Shown here: positions 35,320 to 44,641 of the stretch, piece after piece
How the letters are laid out: each line of letters starts with the position of its first letter
How positions within the stretch are numbered: the stretch's first letter is position 1
DNA from: a virus
Taxonomy: Duplodnaviria > Caudoviricetes
DNA: 64,000 nt
IMG/VR virus record: IMGVR_UViG_3300005546_000001
Span: 32,001 to 96,000 of that record
Reading direction: 5' to 3' (one strand)
The notes under the pieces: model-generated
What the model saw: the letters and a program-made list of their open reading frames with translations, nothing else
What the model was told of the DNA's origin: nothing
Databases searched by the model: none
Made by a program: the position numbers and the translations under genes

Positions 35320-36273
35320 TTATTTCTTTGATTCTGTCAATTCTAAAATCATCGGGAGAAGTTCTCGTTCCACTCTTGATTGCCAAGTATGATTTTCGTG
35401 GACTTCCGCGCAGCCCATTGCTGCGATTACATCCCTATCTTCTTGATCCTCATAAAGATAAAAATCAATCTTCTCTATGAGTTGATCAATGGAATCCCAA
35501 ACATCTAAATCATTTCCAACTTCCCAATCTTTTTCAATTCCATCATAATTGTGAGAAAGAACCATCGCCCGACATCCAAGGGCGCGGAGTAGCCTGTCGC
35601 TCGAATAGCGTTCAAGATTATAGTGACTCAGATTCACGGCTATTTTAGTTGACCTGAGTGCTTCGGCCTCAACTGGTTCTAAAAGTAACGGTGATGAACT
35701 CGGCCCAGACCAGCCATGCCCCGCTATCAAAAATCTAGAACCGTATCGCTCTGTCAGTCTAGCCACCATATCGCGCCTGAATTGTGAGAGTGGAAAAGCA
35801 TCCCCAAAGTTTGATCCCAAAAACAGGATTTCCGGCCAGTCTCCTCGCGGCCCATCTGGTCGATACAAAGTTTCATCAAACCCAATGTCCATGTAAGAAG
35901 AATTAGCACCTTTTTCTTTCATGACAATTGGATCAGCTTCGTTGCTAAAAAGACTTAAATCCAGCACTCGGCCCAGTTGCCAATACCATTCAGGCAATGG
36001 CTGGCGTACATCCCCGCTCCACGCAATTGTTACCCCCGGCAGCGCGGCAGCGTCTTGCGGCGAGAGAACTGTTGGATCTTGAAGCTGCATGAAAATTACA
36101 TCCGGAGCGAACTCCGTTGCGGCTTTTAGAATCCCCGAAGAAGTGTTATCTCCGCGCTGTCTAGCCGCGCACCAATCGTATTCTAAATAATCTGTCGAAA
36201 TAGAACGCAGAGCATTGCGCAGGGCGTGCTGGGGACTGTTTTCTACCACTAAACAGACATGAAGAATTTTCAA
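35320..36273 (-). CDS. CgeB-like glycosyltransferase (Glyco_trans_1_2)
   Basis: ILFLGS, YSSDRL..ALGC, HTWQSR; probable TTG start at 36273. Confidence 0.85.
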   Translation of the reverse strand: MKILHVCLVVENSPQHALRNALRSISTDYLEYDWCAARQRGDNTSSGILKAATEFAPDVIFMQLQDPTVLSPQDAAALPGVTIAWSGDVRQPLPEWYWQLGRVLDLSLFSNEADPIVMKEKGANSSYMDIGFDETLYRPDGPRGDWPEILFLGSNFGDAFPLSQFRRDMVARLTERYGSRFLIAGHGWSGPSSSPLLLEPVEAEALRSTKIAVNLSHYNLERYSSDRLLRALGCRAMVLSHNYDGIEKDWEVGNDLDVWDSIDQLIEKIDFYLYEDQEDRDVIAAMGCAEVHENHTWQSRVERELLPMILELTESKK

Positions 36274-36872
36274 TCTGGCATCTCCTCCATCCAAACTTTT
36301 CCACAATCTGTGCATTTGCATTTGTCACAGCATCCATCTGAACAAGTCCCGTAGACTTCGTAGTTATTATGTTCGCACTTTATTTCTTTTAGTCTTTGGT
36401 TAATCAATGGAATCAAATCATCTGTTGTCATCTTATTCCCTTGTAACAGATAATTTCTGTAGAAAGAATTTTTTGTAATTCGGCAATCCACATTAGCACA
36501 ACTTCTCTACGATCTGGATTGCTCCATTCAAATTGTTCAAAATTTAAATATCTGGTTATTGCATTTGATAATTCGCGACATCTTTGTCGTTTCCAAATTT
36601 GTTCTGGCATTATTCCTAGTGGTGGCTCATAATAATAGTTATTCATTTTAATTTTTAAAATTCATTCAAGAGTCCAGCATCTTCTAATGCTGACTCAAAC
36701 GATTCGAGTACAGCCACTGCATTCCTCACCATGTCGAGCTGCGCTGAATTTGCTAAAAGGAATTCTGGCTTTATATAACCGCCCTCTGTAATATCGTACC
36801 AAAAGCCATCTGAACCCCCTTGCGGTTCAGCATTCTCTTGAAACTTCCAATCAATTTTTTCAGGTCGTTTTT

Positions 36873-37565
36873 TCATTTTATCTCCAAATAAGTTGGTTCT
36901 AAAAGTAAGTATTCTCCAAGAACTTTATTGTTTTCGTCATAATTTCTAATATTGGAATTGTGTAGATGATAAGCTTTTATGCTTTTACTTGGATTTATGA
37001 CATCATAGCCCGCTTCATTTAAAATAAAGCAAAGTCGATTATCGCATCCGGGAATTCCAGGACTAAAATAAGAATTGTCAACTGCTGCTTGCTTTATCGG
37101 CCCTTGAAAAATAAAAGCATCCTGTGAATCTATAGCCACCCAATGTGCTGAATTTCCATTTCCATCCACATCCCACCTACTCAGCGCCCAGCAAACGTTT
37201 GTCATGTCTTGCGTTTCCACAAGAAGGAGTGAGTCATCAAAATAAATATCTGAATTTTGAATACAATTTATATCGGTTGGGGATGTTCTTTCGTTGATAA
37301 TTGTAAACAAATCTCTGAATGTTGGACGTTCAAATTGATATAGCACTACTAAATTTTTTGCAAATTTTGGAAGTTTTGTTTCTGCTCCTTCCACTAGAAC
37401 TATAATTTCATCAAATAGTTTAGAATCAATATTTTTTTGAATACATATATCGTACTCATTCCTACGCTCTATATTTTTTTCATCGTAGTATGTGGTTATT
37501 GATCTGAACATGGATTTATAATCCTTCCTATCAAAGTTAGATGTGCCATTACTTTTTGTATCCAA
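36873..37565 (-). CDS. Glycosyltransferase-like protein
   Basis: NSDIYFD, ALSRW, SQDAFIF, GCDNR, HLH; start may be 37511. Confidence 0.55.
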   Translation of the reverse strand: MDTKSNGTSNFDRKDYKSMFRSITTYYDEKNIERRNEYDICIQKNIDSKLFDEIIVLVEGAETKLPKFAKNLVVLYQFERPTFRDLFTIINERTSPTDINCIQNSDIYFDDSLLLVETQDMTNVCWALSRWDVDGNGNSAHWVAIDSQDAFIFQGPIKQAAVDNSYFSPGIPGCDNRLCFILNEAGYDVINPSKSIKAYHLHNSNIRNYDENNKVLGEYLLLEPTYLEIK

Positions 37566-38061
37566 CTAATAAACTCTTCTTCGGATTGAGTTCGTTTAGC
37601 ATAGTTACAATTAGAACAACATGGGACACAATTATCTACTGAATACCCAAGAAACTTCATCAACTAGCGAATGAAGCCGCTCTTTGGTCACATCAAGTGC
37701 GTAACCATCGTTTACGAGCATTTTTAAAAGTCTATAAATTTCAAAATCCATATTTCCTCCTTACTTTATATGCTCCGCTATCATCTGAAGCGCGGATGAT
37801 ATTTTATTTAATCGCTCTCCTATAGCTATGAGCATAACTACTATGCAGAATAGCCAATAGCATATTGCTATATTATTTTTATTTTCTATATCTTTTTGAA
37901 GTTTATCCAATCTTTTACCGAATATTTCTTCGAAATGATATTTAAATTCATTAGCAGTCATTTTATCTCCACCAACTTCTCTATGAGCTCTTGTAGTTGA
38001 ATTAAGATGATTAAAGCTATAAAGGACAGTAGCCAGTACACTAAATTCCGTTCTTTATCTG

Positions 38062-38115
38062 CCATAGAATGGCCCGTGGCGGCGTTTTAAAGCCCTTGGA
38101 GAGATTTTTATTTGA
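38062..38115 (-). repeat. Partial inverted copy of the composite element
   Basis: Minus strand reads ...AAAAATCTCT...GGGCC-ATTCTATGG with the same spacing. Confidence 0.45.
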
Positions 38116-38131
38116 AAAAGGATGTAGGAGT

Positions 38132-38473
38132 TCACTTGCTTTCTGAAGACTCGGAAATAGGCTCTAAACGATAATCGTCTGATGCGTCGTATGGACAACT
38201 ATTTAAGCCGATAAGCACAGAGCCTTTTGTGAGATGAAATTCGTGGTATATTCCAGGTGGAACCCTATGTAGCTCACCAGGTTTCATTTCAGTTCCTACT
38301 CTAATAGGGTTTGCAGAGAAAAACACCGTACATTTTCCAGATGAGAGTATAAAAATTTCCTCTTTCAATTTGTGGTAGTGTTTTCCAATAACCGTATCTT
38401 CTTTAGCTACTATAAGTTTGGCTTCCGGATATGAAAATAAATCGCGCCTCGCGTCAGAATGAGTTGGCTCCAT
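38132..38473 (-). CDS. Cupin (FdtA/RmlC-like sugar isomerase/epimerase)
   Basis: HSDARR, GKHYHKLKEE.F, VPPG..H. Confidence 0.7.
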   Translation of the reverse strand: MEPTHSDARRDLFSYPEAKLIVAKEDTVIGKHYHKLKEEIFILSSGKCTVFFSANPIRVGTEMKPGELHRVPPGIYHEFHLTKGSVLIGLNSCPYDASDDYRLEPISESSESK

Positions 38474-38642
38474 TATTTTAGTTCCTCTAATTTATTTATT
38501 AACTCAAGTTTTGCTTTTGGGAGTGTCACGTCTAATGGAAACTGATCCAATACAAGTTGAAACTCATCTTCAGTCAAATCGACTTCTTGAAGAACGTATT
38601 TCATTCCGTATCTTTCTGGGACTTTTGTTATTCTATAGTAAC

Positions 38643-39602
38643 TCATTTAAGTTTTTCCATTTCTGCATCAACCATCATTTTCACTAGTTCAGCAAACTTT
38701 ACACGGGGTTCGAAGCCTAAAATTCTTTTGCTTTTGCTTGCATCTCCTAGCAACAAATCAACTTCCGCTGGCCGAGCCAATTCCTTGTCGTATTCCACAT
38801 AATCTTCCCAATTTGGGAGTCCGGCATATTCAAATGCTAATTGCACAAATTCTTTTACCGAATGTGTTTCTCCAGTTGCTATTACAAAATCATCGGGAGT
38901 TGGGTGCTGTATTATCTTATAAATCCACTCAACATACTCAGGCGCATAACCCCAATCTCGTTTAGCATCTAGATTCCCTAGAACTAATTTAGTTCTGCGC
39001 CTAGCAGCGATTTCTGCCGCTGCGATGGCTACCTTTCTACTTAAGAAAGCTGGTCCTCGACGCGGCCCTTCGTGATTGAAGAGAATACCGCAGTATACTT
39101 TCATTCCATAAGCTTCCCGCCAAATTCTCGCAATATTATATGCAGTTACCTTCGATGCTCCATACGGAGAACGCGGATAGAATGGTGTGTTTTCATTCTG
39201 CGGAGTTTCCTGAACCTTTCCAAACATTTCGCTCGAACACGCTTGATAGATTTTACAATCTATCTTCAGTATTCTCACAATTTCCAAAATTCTTAGTAAA
39301 CCATTTGCGTTGATATCCTGAGTGATCCCTGGATGATCATAAGAATCTCTAACCTGACTCATTGCCGCAAAATTATAAATTTCATCTGGTTGTGATTTTT
39401 CTATAGCTGCAAAAAGGCTGGTTGTGTCCTGCATGTCCGCAGTATGAAGCGTGATTTTATCAATTACGTTTGATAGATTAGAAAGATTTGGTTGGGAGAT
39501 TCTTCTGGCAATTCCGTGGACAGTGTAGTTTTTAGAAACTAAAAGATCGGCTGTGTGTGAGCCGTCCATTCCGGTTATTCCAGTTATTAAAGCTTTTTTC
39601 AT
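38643..39602 (-). CDS. gmd: GDP-mannose 4,6-dehydratase
   Basis: ALITGITGMDG, YPRSPYGASK, GILFNHE, RDWGYA, RPAEVD. Confidence 0.95.
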   Translation of the reverse strand: MKKALITGITGMDGSHTADLLVSKNYTVHGIARRISQPNLSNLSNVIDKITLHTADMQDTTSLFAAIEKSQPDEIYNFAAMSQVRDSYDHPGITQDINANGLLRILEIVRILKIDCKIYQACSSEMFGKVQETPQNENTPFYPRSPYGASKVTAYNIARIWREAYGMKVYCGILFNHEGPRRGPAFLSRKVAIAAAEIAARRRTKLVLGNLDAKRDWGYAPEYVEWIYKIIQHPTPDDFVIATGETHSVKEFVQLAFEYAGLPNWEDYVEYDKELARPAEVDLLLGDASKSKRILGFEPRVKFAELVKMMVDAEMEKLK

Positions 39603-39608
39603 AATTTA

Positions 39609-39919
39609 TTCTCGGTTGCGGGAGTCCCGATTCTCCGACCCGCCCTTGTCCCATCTCCTGATTTGGAGCCCAGAGTTTCCTCCGGTTAGCCGAGGACCGT
39701 GCGATTTTATTTATCGTTCTTCTCTACACTAAACCGAGAAATTCAAAATCGGTGCGGATGTTTGCTAAAGAGGATCGCCCAGTACACCCGCACTAAAACT
39801 GGTTTTCATTGAAATTAGCGCAGCTCAGGTCGCTTGATGCTTCGTTTGTGTAGTCCAGGTCTGCATTTAGGCACTTGCTTTCTACAACCCCAACCGCATC
39901 ACCCTCAATGACTGCGCTA
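39609..39919 (-). ncRNA. Three tandem structured RNA domains upstream of gmd
   Basis: Terminal inverted pairs at 39609/39740, 39751/39794 and 39816/39919. Confidence 0.45.
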
Positions 39920-39924
39920 CTAAA

Positions 39925-40314
39925 TTAGTTGTCATCCGCATAAGGCTCTATGTTGAGAATGAGCCCCTCGCCCATACTATTCTTTATGCTGTTACGTTTC
40001 TGAACAAAATTCCCATGCTCATAAAATATGCCGGCTTCGTACACGTTTTTGCTTGGTCGAATCTTTAGGCGAATTTGGCGATCTGCATCTGCGTGAAAAG
40101 AAAACGGCAGTGAATACTCCTGCTTGGCGATTTTGATTATGGCACCATTTGGCAACTTCATCCATCCGTCAACTACAATTGGAAACTTTTCTACGCCTAC
40201 TCCATGAATTTCAACCGTGTAGATTCGGCTCGGTTGTCGTTCCTGAGCCGTTCCGACAAAACATATCCCTAACATGAAAACCACTAAAACCAATACCTGA
40301 ATAATACTTCTCAT
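39925..40314 (-). CDS. Secreted hypothetical protein
   Basis: Signal peptide ending TAQ. Confidence 0.6.
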   Translation of the reverse strand: MRSIIQVLVLVVFMLGICFVGTAQERQPSRIYTVEIHGVGVEKFPIVVDGWMKLPNGAIIKIAKQEYSLPFSFHADADRQIRLKIRPSKNVYEAGIFYEHGNFVQKRNSIKNSMGEGLILNIEPYADDN

Positions 40315-40486
40315 TTGCCCTCCTATTAGTTTTCTTCTGCGTATTTTCTAAGCCAGCTTGCTGCCGCAGTAATTTCGTTATCCGTTATTGCGGTTCCAAA
40401 TCCGTACAAGTAATTAGCTAGCCTTAAAACTTCGTCTTTGTCTTCTTTATTCATGTTTTGTTCCTAAAAAACTTGATTTGGTGGCA

Positions 40487-41158
40487 TCAGAATCTGTAGA
40501 ATACACCACCACCAACATTATAGCTTCTTACTGTGGTGGAAACCAGCCCGTTATCCAGAACAAGAAACCCTGCGCTGGCTACAGCCTTTGCTCCGAAGTG
40601 GGAATCGCCGAATCGATAAAAATACTCCCCAGTGAATCTTGCACCAGAAGCATCAGGATCGCTACCAAACGCCCTTGTCAGAGCTTCAGCCCGAAATATA
40701 AACTGATCTCGAACATTCAATCCCACACCAACAGTCGGTGTAAATACTCGGTCGTTTGCGCGAGGATTAAAATGAGTCTTCAGTTCTCCACCAACAAGAA
40801 CTGTCGGTCGAAATGTTCCAGTCCCAAAGTTCTTTGTTAGAAAGAGAGAATCTGTTACTACATTCCCATCTCCATTTGCAGAAGGAAGTGCTTCAAGGAC
40901 TGCAAATCTATTTGACAGAACGAATCCCTTGGAGAAATTGTAATCTCCGTCAATTCCAATCTGCCAGTTTGTCCGCGCAAAGTTCTGATCTACGTTTGCG
41001 GACGCTACGACAGCGACATTATTCTCCTGCGCTTGTGCGGCGCCGACAAACAACATGACTGTAAGTACAGCAAACAAAATCTTTGTAAACAATTTATTCA
41101 ATAGTTTTTCTCCTGTGTTAAATTTCAAACCCTTAATTATGCTCCAAGTTTTTCCCAA
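40487..41158 (-). CDS. Outer-membrane beta-barrel protein
   Basis: Signal peptide (AQA), alternating beta strands, C-terminal YRF. Confidence 0.7.
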   Translation of the reverse strand: MGKTWSIIKGLKFNTGEKLLNKLFTKILFAVLTVMLFVGAAQAQENNVAVVASANVDQNFARTNWQIGIDGDYNFSKGFVLSNRFAVLEALPSANGDGNVVTDSLFLTKNFGTGTFRPTVLVGGELKTHFNPRANDRVFTPTVGVGLNVRDQFIFRAEALTRAFGSDPDASGARFTGEYFYRFGDSHFGAKAVASAGFLVLDNGLVSTTVRSYNVGGGVFYRF

Positions 41159-41160
41159 TC

Positions 41161-41298
41161 CTATTCAATGAGATTCTGGCAAACATGCTCAAAACAAATT
41201 TCAGTTATTTCATCATCGGTTACGTCGTCATGAAATTCAATTTCATCGGTTACTTTTGAGCCAACTATATTAGTTTTTGCTGTAATTTTTACTTTCAT
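41161..41298 (-). CDS. Small hypothetical protein
   Basis: Start MKVKI, downstream of the hairpin leader. Confidence 0.5.
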   Translation of the reverse strand: MKVKITAKTNIVGSKVTDEIEFHDDVTDDEITEICFEHVCQNLIE

Positions 41299-41315
41299 AT
41301 TTTTAATAGGCTCAA

Positions 41316-41388
41316 GCCGGGGGCGAGGTGAACTCCCCCGGCGAGCCATTGGGCAAGCTTGAAAGGAGGTAAAAGCTTCTTGCCCAAT
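41316..41388 (-). ncRNA. Two-hairpin sRNA/leader exposing an anti-Shine-Dalgarno sequence
   Basis: ATTGGGCAAG/CTTGCCCAAT stem with loop ACCTCCTTTC; GCCGGGGG/CCCCCGGC stem. Confidence 0.55.
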
Positions 41389-41395
41389 CCTTTTT

Positions 41396-41424
41396 ATTCT
41401 AAACTATTTTATTGTCTGTGTCAA
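41396..41424 (-). promoter_or_regulatory. Sigma70 promoter
   Basis: Minus strand TTGACA, 17 bp, TAGAAT. Confidence 0.8.
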
Positions 41425-41426
41425 GT

Positions 41427-41966
41427 TTAATAAAATCCCTTTAAAGCTTCTTGAGCAGCAGCTTTTGCAACTCGATACATTGTTCTTCTATCACCGTCGC
41501 GTACTTTAAATTCGAAATCAAAATTATCTTCATTATCAAGAGCTATTTCTGACGGATGATTTGGGTCGCGATCATCAGCTACCCACTGTGAACCATCCGC
41601 GTTTAAACGCGATATTTTTATTGCCATTCCATTTTCTTTACAAAACTGAAATTCGTTTGGGAATCTCATGTCAGCTATCAGCGCAATATCTGGGGATTCT
41701 TCTTCTATTTGATATTTAAGACAATCTACCCAAACATTCTCATTAATACTTCGCATGATATCTGTACCAACTAATTGTAGAATTCTCGGATCTTTATCTT
41801 TCATCCACCCAATTGCACGGCAGAATGATTTTAAAGCTGTTGCAAACGAGTAAATTTCAACTACGACTCCTAGTTCTGCTTCTTGTATATTTTCCCGTAT
41901 AGTCCGAGCGAGAAGATTCTTCCCCTGTCGCGCCTTATACCCAATTCCAACTATTTTAGTTTTCAT
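41427..41966 (-). CDS. Deoxynucleoside monophosphate kinase
   Basis: G..ARQGK, R.LQLVGTD, DMRFPNE, HPSE. Confidence 0.85.
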   Translation of the reverse strand: MKTKIVGIGYKARQGKNLLARTIRENIQEAELGVVVEIYSFATALKSFCRAIGWMKDKDPRILQLVGTDIMRSINENVWVDCLKYQIEEESPDIALIADMRFPNEFQFCKENGMAIKISRLNADGSQWVADDRDPNHPSEIALDNEDNFDFEFKVRDGDRRTMYRVAKAAAQEALKGFY

Positions 41967-42556
41967 ATAATTTGTAAAATATCACTCCATCCAAAAACCC
42001 TTGTTATATTGTGATTCAATTCAACATCCTGATTCCAAGGCTGATTAAACAAAAGAAGTTCCTTGTTTGGATAATCCAGGATTTCTTTAGCTAACTGCGG
42101 ACTGTCATCTACATACAAATCGTAATCCAGTTCTAATTTAGAGTGTCTTCCAAACGCATCTAGGGCGATGTAAGTATCGTATGGAAACCTGTGGTATTGC
42201 AGCCAGTTTATTGAGTCCCCAACTGTGTTACGATTTCTTGTTGAAACTATGTCCACCCTATCAGTTGGCATGTTATATTTTTCTTTTAGATATTTTACTC
42301 CATCTACGGAATCATGGATGACTGGCATCTTTCTCCAAATCAACCATGCTAAATCGAAGTAGCGCCACATAAGATGCTTGGCTGCTTCAATCCCAAACTT
42401 TTCTTCTACAACTTGAAAGATACTGAAGTACTTATAAGCATCCCAAGACTCCCAATCTTCTGTAGAATAATTAGTTCCAAAGTCTGTGTTAAGTTCTCGC
42501 AAAAAAGCATCTTGTAATCCCGCAAGAACTCCATCCAAATCAACTGCAATACGCAT
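41963..42556 (-). CDS. 5'(3')-deoxyribonucleotidase (HAD, NT5C-like)
   Basis: DLDGVL, VDDSP, FNQPWN. Confidence 0.85.
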   Translation of the reverse strand: MRIAVDLDGVLAGLQDAFLRELNTDFGTNYSTEDWESWDAYKYFSIFQVVEEKFGIEAAKHLMWRYFDLAWLIWRKMPVIHDSVDGVKYLKEKYNMPTDRVDIVSTRNRNTVGDSINWLQYHRFPYDTYIALDAFGRHSKLELDYDLYVDDSPQLAKEILDYPNKELLLFNQPWNQDVELNHNITRVFGWSDILQII

Positions 42557-42809
42557 TTAAATCCTTTCCAGTAAACGCCAACCACCACAAAAATCTGAAC
42601 AGTCATCACACAACCATGTAGACCCACATTCACAGTAAAAAACATGAACACTTTCCGGTGGCAAAAAAATTCCACAGTGGCAGATTTTCATAGCTTTTTA
42701 TCTGGAACACACTTTCCCGGTCCATGTCCACTTCCTTGAATATTACAAGGCTTGCCACAATAAGCACAAGTATATGATTGGATTTGTTCGTTAGGTAAAA
42801 TTTCACTCA

Positions 42810-43231
42810 TTATAGATTCTCATCCTCTTCTATTAATTTTCTAATATCTCTGAGTTGTGTATACACCCCTTGAGAGCGTCCATTTACTTTGTCCAGTGCG
42901 CGAAGGCAGCGTTCGGTGGCAGCTTTCCAAACTTTGTGATATTTTGGCGGCTGTTCTTTTGCTTCAAGAACAGTGCCATACCATCGTTCAAACCCGGCAA
43001 TTAATTTAATTGTCATAGATTCTCATCTTCCTCAATTAAACGGCGGACTTCCTTACATGCATCTTGCCATCTATGATTATGAATATCAATTTTTGCAGTT
43101 TTCTCCACCGCCCTTAATGCTCGTTCAGTTGCCGCTCGCCATGCTTCTTCGGAGTTAGGCGACCAATCGTTCTCTTCGCAATAATCATTAAAAAATTTAT
43201 CGTATCCTTTCAATATATACACTCCTTCCAA
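42810..43231 (-). repeat. Two tandem paralogous small ORFs (42810-43016, 43013-43231)
   Basis: Both contain W.AATER.LRA..K and end LIEEDENL. Confidence 0.7.
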
Positions 43232-43932
43232 ATAATCGGATCTTCGTTCATAGTTTCCAGCCAGTATTCCCTACCAAGCGCAAGGTGTTTTCCAGTCTCA
43301 CTCCCCAATGCCCTCGGGATATTTTCGTAGTACTGTCTCGGTTTTATAAGTCCTGCCGCCGCCTTCACATCCAAACTATCCATACAGAGTTTTGCTGCCG
43401 ATGCCCTGCGCTGCATGTCCAAGTCTTCTCCGCCGAACAAACCAAAGTTTACATCAAATCCGCCCAAAACTTCAACTGCTTTTCTAGTCATGACTGTAAA
43501 ACAACCATCCCCGGTCCTTCTTCGGACTAAAGAAACTCCGTTCCTTATGAACTCTGCTGATGGCTTGTAAGGACTAAGTTTATCTGTATATGAAAAGAAA
43601 TCATAGCCTGTTTTCTCTATTGCGTCAAGATATATTTGAAAGACTTTTGGATCGACTAGCAAATCATCGTTAAGGATAAAAAGAACGTCAAGATTTTTTC
43701 TTTCTTTGAAATATTTTATGGCGCGGTTGGAATTTCTAGCTACTCCACCATGTTCATTTGCAATAATCAAATTATTTCTAGACACAGAAAAATTTATATC
43801 TTTAAGAGAATAGTCATCAAACACTACTATTTTAATTGCCCCTCCTGCTAAAGAATCCAGCAATCCTTTTAGCAATTCTGGGCGTCTATAATGTAAAATC
43901 GCTATTAACGGGTTCAACCCCATATCAACCAT
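43210..43932 (-). CDS. GT2 glycosyltransferase
   Basis: VFDDYS, ILNDD, GGFD..FG.FGGED. Confidence 0.85.
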   Translation of the reverse strand: MVDMGLNPLIAILHYRRPELLKGLLDSLAGGAIKIVVFDDYSLKDINFSVSRNNLIIANEHGGVARNSNRAIKYFKERKNLDVLFILNDDLLVDPKVFQIYLDAIEKTGYDFFSYTDKLSPYKPSAEFIRNGVSLVRRRTGDGCFTVMTRKAVEVLGGFDVNFGLFGGEDLDMQRRASAAKLCMDSLDVKAAAGLIKPRQYYENIPRALGSETGKHLALGREYWLETMNEDPIIWKECIY

Positions 43933-44005
43933 CCAATTACAAGGACTTTAAGAATACAAATTTCCACTAGATTTTCTTTGCACATCTGGGAAAATTTATT
44001 CCACA

Positions 44006-44641
44006 TTAGTCGATCCTCAACAATGCTTCCAGTTCTTGAATTCCTTCTTGAGTTATATTTGGATCGCTGGCAAGTTCTACAAGTCGTTCTCGGTATTCAT
44101 TTGGGCGCCGTTCCCAGTCCCCAAAGAGTTTGAGCATCTCTACCAAAGGAAATTTATAACCCTTCGCTTGGTACTTCGCCGCTCTAAACATCGTACTCAC
44201 AGGACAGTGAATATGTTGAATTCTCAGACGTTTTTCTTTTTCATCAGTCTCAAATTGAGGATCAACTAAAACTTCGTTTCCGACAATCCCAGCACGAGCG
44301 ACTGAGAAATCGAATTCTTCTATTACAGCATCCAATGTACCACAGAACTGCCGTATTAAATTAAAACGGTTAGTTTGATTTTCTGAATTCTTCGTAATAA
44401 ACAAGTATGACATTGGAGTTTCGGATTTCAATTCCGCGATGCCCCTCAACTTCAAGTACATCGCAGTCACTGCATCTTGATCCGTTGCGAAAATATCCAC
44501 ATCTGAATAGTGTGCCGGAGATTCATTCGTTGATGCCGCAAATCGCGCCGCTCCACCGGCTATAAAACAGCCACCAACAAGCAAACTCTGGAATTCTTGG
44601 AATCTCGCTAGTTCATTTACAATTGGAAGTTTTACAAAGTT
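44006..44641 (-). CDS. Pol-beta-type nucleotidyltransferase (CCA/poly(A) head-like)
   Basis: FIAGGAAR, DVDIF, FDFSV. Confidence 0.7.
   Translation of the reverse strand, partial: NFVKLPIVNELARFQEFQSLLVGGCFIAGGAARFAASTNESPAHYSDVDIFATDQDAVTAMYLKLRGIAELKSETPMSYLFITKNSENQTNRFNLIRQFCGTLDAVIEEFDFSVARAGIVGNEVLVDPQFETDEKEKRLRIQHIHCPVSTMFRAAKYQAKGYKFPLVEMLKLFGDWERRPNEYRERLVELASDPNITQEGIQELEALLRID

Noticed and set aside
39609-39740. Glycine riboswitch
   Set aside because: Only a loose CCGGAGG-AAACTCT similarity; conserved GGAGA and CTCTCAGG elements are absent
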